A DNA stretch of 64,000 nt, from NCBI RefSeq assembly GCF_036971445.1, contig NC_091475.1, positions 10,478,001 to 10,542,000 on the forward strand, in the 5' to 3' direction. Numbering within the stretch: the stretch's first letter is position 1; each line of letters opens with the position of its first letter. The notes beneath the pieces are model-generated. The model was not told the origin of the DNA and searched no databases. It worked only from the letters and a program-made list of their open reading frames with translations. Shown here one piece after another: positions 27,471 through 40,603 of the stretch. A program made the position numbers and the translations under genes. The DNA is from Narcine bancroftii (lineage: Eukaryota).

Positions 27471-27710
27471 TAGATATTTGTGTTTTAACCATCAATGTTT
27501 TTTTAAAATTCCCAAGTTAAACTACACAGTTGATCTTAATTTATTTGAAATAAAATTAGGTATGTTCTTTGTGTGGTGAACCAGGTTACCCATTTGGAAT
27601 GCACCATGGGTTTGTTTTTCAATTCTGTTTGCCATGACTTTGTGAGGCTTTTTTATTAATTAATATATATAAACTAGTTAAAAATGGTAAATAACTTTAA
27701 ACAGCCATAC

Positions 27711-27778
27711 CTGTTTTTCCCAAACAACCTTCACTGTATCCATCACCCCGGACTTGTCCATTGGACACCGCATTTATC
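27711..27778 (-). CDS. TMEM50B: TMEM50B coding exon 3 (INAVSNGQVRGDGYSEGCLGKT)
   Basis: tgatttag acceptor and CAG|gtatgg donor; 68 nt; phases consistent with neighbouring exons. Confidence 0.95.
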
Positions 27779-28654
27779 CTAAATCAAAATATTACATTAC
27801 AAATGAGGCATGCAGTAATAAATGGTAATATATTAAAATTACAATGAATATTGGTCAGAGAATTGGATTTCCAATTCTAGAGATAAGGTAGCAAAGTGGT
27901 ACATTTGAATGGGAAATGTACAGGTGCGCGTCTATAACTTTTTAAACAAATATTTTTCTTAAAATGTAAATCTAGTTTACAGAAGTCCTTTAGGAAGGAA
28001 GCAGACTGTCCTTTATCCGAGTCGTAACCAAAGCAATATGGACAACTCATAACTGAGTGGCCTTAGAAACTCACCCAGTTACAGACAACAAATGGTGGTT
28101 TTGTCAGGAATGTGCATAAAAATAGATGTGGGAACAATTAATGTTGGAAAATCTTATGCAAAAATTATTAGAGAGCAAGAATTTCCAATACAGATACAGA
28201 TGTGACCTGGCTCAACGAACTTCCCCATGCATACAAACTTAGTTATTTATATCCATCGACCTCTTGAATTAGTTTAGTGCATTTGATACAACACAGTATA
28301 TCCTGAGTTATAAATATGGAATGTTAGTTCAGCACTTGCCTTTACCCAATGCCACGACTATTTCACATTCATTTATCCTAGACTTCCTAATTGTCACCTT
28401 TTAAAAACTAAAGAGCAATTTTTTTTCCCAATCTTTCCCCCTAACTTCTCAGTACTGAGCATTTTTCTTTAGACATCCCATATTTCTCTTATCCCATGGT
28501 TGCAGTTACTGTTTTAAATGTACTTACTTCATTTATGAATACATCTGAGAGATTTGTTTGGGTGCAATTAGGAAAAATCTGCACTTTGTGTCACCTTTCA
28601 TGACCTCCGGAACATCTCAGAATGCCTTAAGCATTGATTTAAAAAAATAACTCC

Positions 28655-29470
28655 GTCATGGATGTATGCATTTTGGAAGGACAAAGCAAGGTAGTACATA
28701 CACAGTAAATGGTAGGACACTGAGTGTCTGGGAATACAGATACAGAATTTCCCCAAGGTGTAGTCACAGATAGAAAGGGTTATAGAGAGTTTTTGGTATA
28801 TTGGCTTTCATAAAGCTAAAGAATTACGTGTATGTTACATTCTAGTATTACGTGACAGTAATGGAACCTTTAACTTTTAAATCAAAATATTGAATATAGG
28901 AGATGGGATGTTATGATAAAGTTGTACAAGATATTAGTGAGGTCAAATATGGAGTATTGTGCAGTTTTGGTCATCTAACTACAAGAAAGCTATCAATAAG
29001 ATAGAAAGAGTGCAAAGAAGATTTACTAGGATGTTGCCAGAACTTCAGTGTGTGAGTTACAGGGAAAGGTTAAATAGATTAGGACGTTATTCCCTGGAGC
29101 GTAGAAGAATGAGGGGAGATTTGATAGGGGTGTACACAATTATGAGGGGTATAGATAGAGTACATGCAAGTAGACTTTAGTCACTGAAGTTGAGTGAGAT
29201 ACAAATCAGAGGACATGGGTCAATGTGAAAGGGGAAAAGTTTAGGGGGAGCATTAGGGGGAACTTCTTCACACAGTGAGTGGTGGGAGAGTGGAACGAGC
29301 TGCCAGCTGAAGTGATAATGCAGGCTCAATATTTACATTTAAAAATTTGGACAGGTAGAAGAATGAGAGGGGTATGGAGGGCTATGAACTAGGTGCAGGT
29401 CAGTGACACTAGGTAGAATAACAGCTCGGGGCAGACTAGAAGGGCTCGTTTCCTGCGCTTAAATGTTCTA
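28655..29470 (+). mobile_element. CR1 LINE 3' end
   Basis: QFWSSNYKK...ERVQRRFTRMLP...YSLERRRMRGDLI. Confidence 0.85.
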
Positions 29471-30032
29471 TGTGGGGAAACATATCTTTACTTTGTATAA
29501 AGCAAGCTCCCATAGAGCAATTACAAAACATTTTATCTGACCATTTAGGAATGTTGTTTGAGATGGAAACATATTGTCAGGACATTGGGAGGAACATGCC
29601 TAGTTCCTTACAATTGTCATATACACTGTACATATTAACCAAAGTTCTTACTGGAGCTGAAAAGGTACTTTGTACAAAAAAAATGTACACAATTGAATTA
29701 TGAAACAAATACAAAAGATAGATACACAAATAGTTATCCTAGTCCAAAAAAAAAGTGACTTTACAATAGTGCAGACAGAGATTTTTGTCAGAATGTTTTA
29801 AATCCAATCCAGTGAAGATGGGACCTCGAATGAAAGTCCTATCCAAACGTTACATCTTCATAGCACCAATGTGCAACCTCAATTTTCTGCTCATTCTCTG
29901 GACTACATTTTATATCCCTCTTACAGTGTAGCCACAAAAATCACAGCCAACATCAATACAGTTCTGTGTTCACATTTTGTTGTTAACCCATGAAAGAATT
30001 TCAATGTAGTACATAATGAAATCAGGCACTTA

Positions 30033-30146
<114 letters not shown>

Positions 30147-31879
30147 CTACAAACAAAAATTGCATAATTAAAAGATCTGTACACTCAAATTATACCTATT
30201 TCTCCTGGCCAGAAAAATGGCACCAATTGTAATCTTATTCTAAAGCTTACAATGTTGAGTAAAAGGGCAAAGGCAGTTTATAGATCTTATCCAAAATCTC
30301 AATGGAAAATATATTGTTTGGTTTGAAATATTTCCTTATAATAAAAGGCCATTTTGGCTCATCAAATGCTTCGCTCACAGAACAATCCTTTCCCCCCCAT
30401 GAATTTTCCCAGTAACCTATTCTCTCCACATTCCCATCAACTCTCACATCTTTGGGATGTGGGAAGAAAACTGAGCACACAAAACCCACAGGATTACAGA
30501 GAAAACCTGCAAACCCCGCTGTTGAGGATTGAACCCAGACTGCTGGAGATGCAAGGCAGCAACTCTACCAGCCATGTAATAAAAGAAGCAGAAGATCCAT
30601 AGGATTTGACCCTCAGTCAATAATCTTAACTAAGAGCACGTGGGACCATAATACCCCCAACCCACAGTTCTCAGGTTGTGATACAAAGTCTAAAAGGAGA
30701 AAAACATCGATACCCAAAGTCCCATAACTAAAAACATGCCCTTCAGAACAATGGATTTAGGTATGGTAAAATTTCCATCTATAATCAAGTAATTTGACAA
30801 CTAGTTCTTGCCCCAATTTGTGCATTTACCACCCTCCTTTGCCAAAGTCAATTTTTTTCTGAAGAGTTCCACACGAATTTCAAATAAATCCATTGTATTC
30901 AGCTAAGGCTTCTCATGAACAAACGACTGAAAATAATTCTGTTTCCCTCCAAACCTAAAGATTATAAAACTGGCAAGCAATACGACTTATCAGATCACAC
31001 TAAATACACATTCAGCATAACGACATTAACAATTTCTTCGATTATAACAATTTATATACAGTACTAGAATGAGAGATTTGGTGTATGCAATTAGTTACAT
31101 TTCAAAACTGTATGGTGCAGATCTAAACTGCATTCAAAGAACAGATGAAATAGCACTGTATGGCAATAGATTTAAAATTAGAAGAAATCCTAAATAATCA
31201 CATCCGTTTGAGGATCCAAGTCAAATTGATAGGTTAATCATATAGTCATTTCATGGTTTAAATACCACTACTTAATATTAAAATCAAACTGAAGTACATG
31301 CACTAAAACACACAAGATATTGACACAATCCCTTAATTTGGAGCTGAGTATTTTATGCCCATAAAATGTCTCTCCCCTTGAACATGTACATTCCAGGTTT
31401 TCCATTCTACTGGATGGTCACTACTTATGCATTTCCTTTCCTGGTCATAATTTGAATTCATCCATCCTTTTCTCATTAATCTAGCAAAAAAAATTATCAA
31501 GATATGGAGCAGAGGTCAATTAAATGCTGGGAGCAGACAAAAAAAAAGTAGGGTAGAGACTTGGACCAAAGCCGGTCTGGAATTAATCAATTGAACTCAA
31601 GTGTTAAGTGGATTATGTGTGGTGGAGATGGCAAAGAAGATACTTTGTGGGAGTCCATGGAAATATCTGCAACAGACGAAGAGAACAGTAGGTCAGCATT
31701 TTGTGATTCCTGAAGTTCTAAAGCAGGCATTGAAAAATTTGAACCCAAATATTTAAATGAAGCATGAATGAAACTTGGGACAACTGCACATTGTAAAGAT
31801 GGGGACAACCACAGAGATAATGTGAGCTAAGATCATGGAGTTAGAAAATAAATGTATTTCTACATTTAACTGGAAGTTA

Positions 31880-32080
31880 AGGATAGGGTGGCTTCAGATC
31901 TTTTACATTTTAACTGGGGAATCTTGGGGGTCACTATCTCGGAGCATCTTTCCTGGACCCAATACACTAAAGGCATTACGAAGAAAGCATGTCAGTGCCT
32001 CGACTTCCTCAGGAATTTACTGATGTTTGGTATGACAACAGAAACCCTGGCAAATTTTTACAGGTGTGATGGAAAGTGTC
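31880..32080 (+). mobile_element. Rex1/Babar-type LINE RT fragment
   Basis: LGVTISEHLSWTQ...KKACQCLDFLRNL...LANFYRC. Confidence 0.7.
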
Positions 32081-32880
32081 CTCTTACGTTTTTCTACATT
32101 ACACAAAAATAGTTATGTACCACCCCATAGTAATTATATTTCAATATATCTGACACTTAATGAGCATCAGAAATGGCCTAATATCAAAACCTCTCAAATC
32201 ACAGTAAAAATCAAAACATTTCATGAGAGCAGGCTTGCCTACTTTGCAAATTCCTCTTCACAAACATATAGGACAGGGGTGGGCAACCTATGGCCTGCAA
32301 TCCAAATTTAATTAGGCCTGCAAACCAATGCGTTCGCCTGAACATCTTCAGTCGCTCCAACAAACATTGTTCGCCGCACTAAATTGTTGGCCTTTGTCAT
32401 TGGTAGCCTCAGGGACTGTATGCGTGGATTAAACATCCTCAGCAAAGGAAATACTTTGTGGCCATATAAATGCCACCTGTTCCTTCGGGGTCGTGAAGCA
32501 GGCTGTGTTCACGCAGAATGACTGTGTTCACGCAGAATGTTCACTGTAGTCTCTCCATGTCGTTATAACCAGGAATCGATCATCAACTGCATCACTTTCT
32601 GCCCCAGGAAAAAAATAACTCATCCTGGCGCTCCCTGGAACACGCTTCGCCCTCAAGCTGGGACTGAGACAAGCTGAGTATCAGCGGCCAGTTGTCCCAC
32701 ACTTTGCCCCAGGCCACTCACCCACCGGTGAATATGGAGTCAGGCGACCAATGGGACGATCCTTGCAGAGCAACCCTGAAGCACTCCCTCCCCTCCCCTG
32801 AGCTGCCGCCACCCACAACCATCCCCTGAGCTGCTCTCTCTCCCCCTTTCCTTGAGCCTCCCCATCTCCCTGCTCCCTCT

Positions 32881-33100
32881 CCCCTGAGCCTTATCCCACC
32901 CCCTGAGCCTTACCCCACCCCCTGAGCCTTACCCCACCCCCTGAGCCTTACCCCACTCCCTGAGCCTTACCCCACTCCCTGAGCCTTACCCCACTCCCTG
33001 AGCCTTACCCCACTCCCTGAGCCTTACCCCACTCCCTGAGCCTTACCCCACTCCCTGAGCCTTACCCCACTCCCTGAGCCTTACCCCACTCCCTGAGCCT
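32881..33100. repeat. 19-bp minisatellite (ccctgagccttaccccact), about 11 copies, inside a possible hAT-type MITE starting at 32274
   Basis: Direct tandem units are visible. A caggggtgggcaacct hAT-like end lies at 32274. Confidence 0.9.
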
Positions 33101-34514
33101 CCCCGTTTCTGCTCTCTGAGCTGCTCCCCTCTCCCTCGTTCCCCTGAGCCTCACCCCCCCCCCCCGGCCGCACAAAGCCATATGCCCATGTGTGGGACGC
33201 TGTGATGTTCCTTCATCAGACTCTGTCTGCAAGCAAAGTTCATTGAGCACAAAGCAAATTTCATTCACTCAGAAATGGGATTTACCTCAAATACTCATCG
33301 TTCAAAACATTCCTTTAAGTGCAGACAAATTGAATAACAGCAGGAGATCTGGATCAAAGGCAGAAGTTGAGAGGAAGACCCAATAGCTTCTGCTGAGGAA
33401 GATGTAATATGATGTATTTGACAAATTTATCTATGTCTGCAGTTTTTCAACAAAAAAATAATTGTTACTGATCATTTTTAAAACTCCTGAACTATTTGAA
33501 GAATTATTTAAAAGCAACCAAGTTTAAATGAGAGTTTGCAGCCTCTAAAAGCCTGTCTGAAATATTTATGTCCAGCAAGGGATGATTTTATCACTCCTGC
33601 TAAGTAGTTAGTTCTACTGTGGTAAGATTGATAGCACAGGTCCTTGAGGTGATGTCTTGTTATTGGCATCAACAACTATGTCACCCATATATCAAAATGC
33701 TTTCCAACAACAAAGTCACGTTTCCCACTGATTGAGCTGCTCTCTGTTTTGAGACTAGTTATTTTGCTTTTCATTGTGACTAATGTTTCTCCTTTTTGAC
33801 TTTTATGATTTTTTTATATATATAGTGTCATTTTAATGACTAATGTGATTTTTGGTGCATTTCCAGATCTAAAGATGCCTTCTCTGAGCTGAAATGCATC
33901 ATTGTATTTTTTTTTCCCTCGAAGGAATACCCCTGATCTCGTTGCTTGAACTTTTTCTATGGATTGCTTTTTGATAAATTGTCAGTTATGTTCATACATT
34001 GTACATTCACGTGCTTCAAGCAGAGACAATGGAAAACTTAAATTACATAATGTCTGCGTTTCAGTATTTATTTCACATATGGAGCATCAGTGTGGCTCGA
34101 CATCCATCCAACCCACACATGGTAAAAGGTTGCTTGCCCCCAATATAGGACTATTTGCTGGGAGAGCTTTCCTCTCCCAGTCTAGTTAAGCAAAATCACA
34201 ACATCATTATACTTACACCATCATATCTTGCAGCCAATGCCCCCAAGTCCTCACAATGCCCTCTCATGCCAGCTGGGCAGAGAGGGAAGCATTCAGTCAA
34301 GAACAAAATACTGAATGGTCCTGGAAGTCTTCAGCAGTAGCTCCAGATTCATCAGCTGATGAATAGTATTCAAATTGCCAGGAACACAGGATGGATTAGA
34401 TTTCAATGTTCACCAGCTAAAGCAGCTTGCTGACACCACATTGACTGAACCCTGGAGTTCAGAGCTGTTGGATCGTCTGCAGCAGTTAGTAGGAAGTAGC
34501 CCAATTTGGGATAA

Positions 34515-35108
34515 ACTATTTGATATCAAATTTCAGATTTATTGTCAGCGTACATACATGACATCATATACAAGCTCAACATTCTTTTTCTTGTGGGTGA
34601 GCAAAATGACCACTTTTAAAAAATGCACTCAACGTGCACATTTCAACAAATAAAGAAATGCAAACAAACTGACTGTACAATACAGACAATAAAAACCAAC
34701 AAAATGCACAAGTAAGAGTCCTTAAATAAGTCCCTGGTTGGGTTTGTTGTTGAGGAGCAGCTGTTCCTGAACCTGGTGGTGCGAGTCTTGTGGCACCTAG
34801 ACCTCTTCCCTGATGGCAGCTGCGAGAACAGAGCATGTGTGGGTGGTGTGGATTCTTGATGATTGCTGCTGCTCTCTGACGGCAGCGTTCTCTGTAGATG
34901 TTCTCGATGGTGGGGAGGGATTTGCCTGTGATGTCCTGGGCTGCGTCAACTACCTTTTACAGGTCTTTATGGTCAGGGGAATCGGTGTCCCCATAAGCAG
35001 ACCATGATGCAGCCGATCAGCACACTTTCCACCACACATCTGTAGAAATTAGCCAAGGTTTCCAATGTCACACCAAATCTCCACAAACTCCTGAGGAAGT
35101 AGAGGCGC
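34515..35108 (-). mobile_element. Rex1/Babar-type LINE 3' end
   Basis: Aligns by eye with the 61090-61495 and 62378-62560 parts of the larger Rex1-type copy. Confidence 0.7.
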
Positions 35109-35109
35109 T

Positions 35110-36190
35110 GACATTTGGGTTCACGGGTGTTTGTGAGTATTCAGGTATGTTTAATTGCTTCATTGGTGCAGGTATAAGAGAGTTAGGCACGCTTCTAAGC
35201 TTTTGATCACCTTTGAAGTCTGCAGTTGCCATTTTTCAACATGAGGACCAGAGTTGTGCCATGAAAATCAAAGAAGCCATTAGGAGGCTGAAATACAAAA
35301 CAACAAGAGTCATCGGCGATACATTATGATAACCAAAATCAACCGTTTGGAGCATCATTAAAAAGAGTGAACTGTGACCTCAGTAATCGCAGAGACTGAT
35401 AATCCAAAAAAGATCTCCACTGCTGATAACAGAAGATTTCTCCTCATAATGAAGAAAAAAATCCCCAACGTATTTCTAACAGATCAGAAACACTCTTCAT
35501 TCAGGAGGCAGGTGTGGATATAGCAATGACTACCATCTGCAGAAGACTACACTGCAAGATGCAAACCGTGGCAATAGTGGTATGATTTGGATTTTGAGCA
35601 ATTCCTTTGCTTTGTTCTTGCCATCACTCTGATACAAATTAATCTCGGTCTCTGACACAGACCTTTTACCAGAATTCTGCAGGCTCTTTTAAATACTTCT
35701 TGACAAACTGGCCATCCCATTTCTGTGGCTAACTAGCGGTTTGCATCTTGCAGTGTAGCCTCTGTATTTCTGTTCATCAAACCTTCAGGGTATTTTTCTT
35801 TATGATGATGAGAATTCTTCTGTTATCAGCAGTGGAGATCTTTCTTGGAATATCAGTCTCATTGAGATTACTGAACTCACCAGTACGCTCTTTCTTTTTA
35901 ATGATGTTCCAGTTGATTTTGGTATTCCTAAGGTTTGGTCCAAATTTCCTGCTGTTTTTGTTTTTCAGCCTCATAAAGGTTTCTTTGACTTTCATGGAAA
36001 AACTCTGGTCCTCGTGTTGAAAAATGGCAACTACGGACTCCAAAGGTAATCAAAAGCTTAGATCCAAGCCTAGCTCTCTTGTACCTGCACCAATGAAGCA
36101 ATTAAATATAGCTGAGTCCTCACAAACACCTGTGAAGCCAAATGTCCCAAACATTATGGTGCCCTGAAATGAGGGGACTATGTATAAAAA
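35110..36190. mobile_element. Two Tc1-like transposon 5' remnants in inverted orientation
   Basis: Arms 35110-35568 and 35737-36146 are reverse-complement homologues. Transposase N-terminal remnant MKVKETFMRLK...WNIIKKKERTGE. Confidence 0.7.
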
Positions 36191-36989
36191 TGAGGCCCCA
36201 GCGAGGAAAGAACTACTAGGGAAGTGAATATACATCAGAGAGGACTGGCAGTGTTGAGTGTAAACATGGAGATGTTATCACTGATTGCTGTCTATTAGAC
36301 AGGAACTCAAGGATCCAATTCCAGGTGGGGCACTGAGGCCTAGATCTTGAAGTATGGGAGTGAATTTGCCAGGAACCAAGTTACTGAAGGCAGAGCTATA
36401 GTGGATGTACAATCATCTAACATAGATGGGAATATTTAAGGAAAACACAATTAAAAACCCTGACTTGACAGAACTCAGCCTAGAAAAAGGACTCTTAACA
36501 AGTAACTAAAACGGAGCGCAATTATCTAAAACATTGGTCATGGAATAAAATTACTAATCTCTGACTCATCTATTGGCCATGTAGTTAGTTTCTTAAAGGT
36601 TTGTTCAATTTCACCAAAGCCAAATTACCTGCAGACAATTAATAAATTAGACAAACTGATGCCATTTCTTTTTTTTTTAAATATAGAGGGAAGATACGAA
36701 TTCAGCCATACAAAATCTTTGTGGGTTGATAGCAAGTGGATGTTTCCTCAGTCTGGATATCTGAAAGTGCGGCCATTTCAAAAGGATGAAGAATCAGTCA
36801 TTCAGACTCGTGTGAAATTCTTACACTCAAACTGTCAATAATTGTACTTCTCTGCCAAAAGAAATGGTTGCGGTCATTCAAGGCCTCAAAATTAATTGGC
36901 AGGATATGAACATATCCTCTCTCAGGCCATCATTTCCAGCAATACAATGGCCAATCATGTTAATTCCACAACCCATTCCCACACCAGAT

Positions 36990-37380
36990 GTCAGGTCTCA
37001 TGCCCTCCCAAACCAAGGCTGCCAGAAAGTTGGAGGAGCAATACCCAATATTCCGTCTGGGCACTCTCCAAATGCACAACATGAACATCGAGCTACTGCT
37101 TCTGTTAAACCTCTCCCAGAGTCTCTTTCTTTCCCTCTCCGGGTCTCCTTTCCTTCAGCTCTCCACTCCCTTCATTCAGAGGGCGAATCCATTCCCCTAT
37201 CACTTCTCAGGCTTTTTCTCTTCTATCCTCTCACTTATTAGTCTGTGCTCCACTCCACCCCCCCCCCCCACCTTTTTATTTTGGCACCTGCTTCTTCCCC
37301 ATATATTGACCATGAGCTCAGGCTAGAAATACTGGTTACCCTTTACTTCCAATACATTTCTCCAGCACATTTGTGTATTG
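36990..37380 (+). mobile_element. Penelope-like 3' fragment
   Basis: QTKAARKLEEQYPIFRLGTLQ followed by a pyrimidine-rich tail. Confidence 0.7.
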
Positions 37381-37904
37381 CATAAGCAGCTACAGAAGGC
37401 CACAAACTATCCACCTGTCATGCACCTTCTGGCACAGTCTGTGGATCCCAATATTAACCATTAGTTACTTCAGACCCACTGAATGGGAGCGGAAGCAAGG
37501 AGAGAAAGAAAAAAAATTACATTCAGGGCTGAGGTGGTTAGAATTTTTGGCATCAGGATGAAGGGTATGAGTTATGAGCAGTAAATCGATCAAGATAAAT
37601 TATTATCATATTTACTGAAAGGCCAGATTTACATGGGGCACCTGCTATTACCATATAACCATATAACCGTTTACAGAGCGAAACAGGCCATGTCAGCCCT
37701 TCAAGTCCACACCGGTTCAATAGAACAACTCCACTAGCTCAACCCTCCTGTTCTCCGCCCATAACCCTCTAACCCCCTCACCTCATTATGCTCTTTCACC
37801 ATTTTGCAGAATCTTCCATACATATATAAAGGCAAGAAAACATAATGTGTGATAAATTGCTAGCATCTATCTATACATTCTAAACACTGAAAAATTCACA
37901 TTTA

Positions 37905-38060
<156 letters not shown>

Positions 38061-39535
38061 TTAAACCAATGTTGTCTTCAGCCTTCAATTAATCCCTTCA
38101 GAATCTAACTGAAACAAAGATTCATAATTATTTTTTTCTTATCAAACAATTTTCCTACTCTGTTCCAATGTTGGAACCCAACAATAATTAGACACTAAAT
38201 ACTGGATTGTTCAGTTTTCTTAGGATAAAACTGTCCCGATCCCAGGAAATGAAGCACCCAACAACATTCTTATTCTTTACAGTACACGTGTGCTAAAACC
38301 AAAACTGTATAACCAATATATATTATACGCACATGTGTATAATTTTGCCCCTAGAAAACCGAGCAATCCAGCATATATAAAAATCAATAAAATTGAAAAA
38401 TCAATAAAAAAAAATTCAGATGGTGGAAATCTGAAACAAGAAAAGGAAATGCTGGAAACATTCACCAAGCCAGGCAGCAGATGTGGAAAGAGAAACAAAA
38501 TTCAAGCTTGACGAAGTTTTGATGCTCGACTTGAAGTCTTTCCACAAATGCATCCTGATTTGCTATGTTTCCAGTATTTTCTGTAACTAAATGCATTCTT
38601 CACTTTAATGCTAACCACTTCTGAAGAAAAGCTGAAGTCAATAATGCGTAGCAGCAGTTTAAAATAGTTTTACTTGTATACTTTAGCCTTCAGATGCCAA
38701 AGCATTGTTGAATGTAACAATGGTTTGTCCCACAAGGAGAATCCTGTGCATTGTTGGAAAGGAATTTTACCTTTCTTCACTCTGGTTCTCACAAATTAAA
38801 CAAATATCCATCTTTAAAGAAATTCCAAATCAGCTGGAGACTGAAACACACAAAAGCACTCAAGTACTATGCCTCTCCAAATAAGAAAGTCTAATGTTCC
38901 AAACACTTCAACATACACATGTAATATTATCTGAATTGTTAGAAGAACTAGTTCCACAGTAAATGTTTGGAGAAAGAATAGGTGAGAAGGGAATGCAATC
39001 GCTGGACTGCCAGGCAGAAGAATCAATGAAAATTGATCCAGCAATTGACAAGTCTTCCAGATGAGCAAATCCACACAGTGGATCCACACAGTGTGTGCAT
39101 GTCCTAAATTTTAATACTCCAGCATTTCAAATCACATACAACTGAGCTGAATGTACTGGTTGGTAATAACCATATACCATATAACCACTTACAGCACAGA
39201 ACAGGCCAGTTCAGCCCTACTAGTCCATGCCATAACAAATCCCCACCCTCTGCCCTTGAGTGTTTAAATAGAGGAAGACTGTTTTATCTAGTGCAAATAT
39301 AAAAATATAAAATTAAAGTTTAAAAGAATTCATGACCTCAACATATTACTTTTGTATTTTGATATCTTTGAAATAGCGTAGAAAAAAAAATAACCAAACA
39401 CTGAAAGTAAAACATGAAAGTCCGCAGACACAGTGTATGAGCAAAATATACGGATGCCTGAAAACACCTAATATTCCGTCTGGGCACTCACCAAACTGAT
39501 TACATTAACATCGTCCTCAAATTTCTGCTAGACCA

Positions 39536-40603
39536 CCGTTCCTCCTCTCTTCCCCGTTCCTCCCCTCTTCCCCGTTCCTCCTCTCTTCCCCGTTCCTCCT
39601 CTCTTCCCCGTTCCTCCTCTCTTCCCCGTTCCTCCTCTCTTCCCCGTTCCTCCTCTCTTCCCCGTTCCTCCTCTCTTCCCCGTTCCTCCTCTCTTCCCCG
39701 TTCCTCCTCTCTTCCCCGTTCCTCCTCTCTTCCCCGTTCCTCCTCTCTTCCCCGTTCCTCCTCTCTTCCCCGTTCCTCCTCTCTTCCCCGTTCCTCCTCT
39801 CTTCCCCGTTCCTCCTCTCTTCCCCGTTCCTCCTCTCTTCCCCGTTCCTCCTCTCTTCCCCGTTCCTCCTCTCTTCCCCGTTCCTCCTCTCTTCCCCGTT
39901 CCTCCTCTCTTCCCCGTTCCTCCTCTCTTCCCCGTTCCTCCTCTCTTCCCCGTTCCTCCTCTCTTCCCCGTTCCTCCTCTCTTCCCCGTTCCTCCTCTCT
40001 TCCCCGTTCCTCCTCTCTTCCCCGTTCCTCCTCTCTTCCCCGTTCCTCCTCTCTTCCCCGTTCCTCCTCTCTTCCCCGTTCCTCCTCTCTTCCCCGTTCC
40101 TCCTCTCTTCCCCGTTCCTCCTCTCTTCCCCGTTCCTCCTCTCTTCCCCGTTCCTCCTCTCTTCCCCGTTCCTCCTCTCTTCCCCGTTCCTCCTCTCTTC
40201 CCCGTTCCTCCTCTCTTCCCCGTTCCTCCTCTCTTCCCCGTTCCTCCTCTCTTCCCCGTTCCTCCTCTCTTCCCCGTTCCTCCTCTCTTCCCCGTTCCTC
40301 CTCTCTTCCCCGTTCCTCCTCTCTTCCCCGTTCCTCCTCTCTTCCCCGTTCCTCCTCTCTTCCCCGTTCCTCCTCTCTTCCCCGTTCCTCCTCTCTTCCC
40401 CGTTCCTCCTCTCTTCCCCGTTCCTCCTCTCTTCCCCGTTCCTCCTCTCTTCCCCGTTCCTCCTCTCTTCCCCGTTCCTCCTCTCTTCCCCGTTCCTCCT
40501 CTCTTCCCCGTTCCTCCTCTCTTCCCCGTTCCTCCTCTCTTCCCCGTTCCTCCTCTCTTCCCCGTTCCTCCTCTCTTCCCCGTTCCTCCTCTCTTCCCCG
40601 TTC
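39536..40603. repeat. 18-bp minisatellite (ccgttcctcctctcttcc), about 59 copies, inside a Penelope-derived repeat (about 39390-40850)
   Basis: 1068 bp of nearly invariant units; one variant unit near the left end. Confidence 0.97.
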
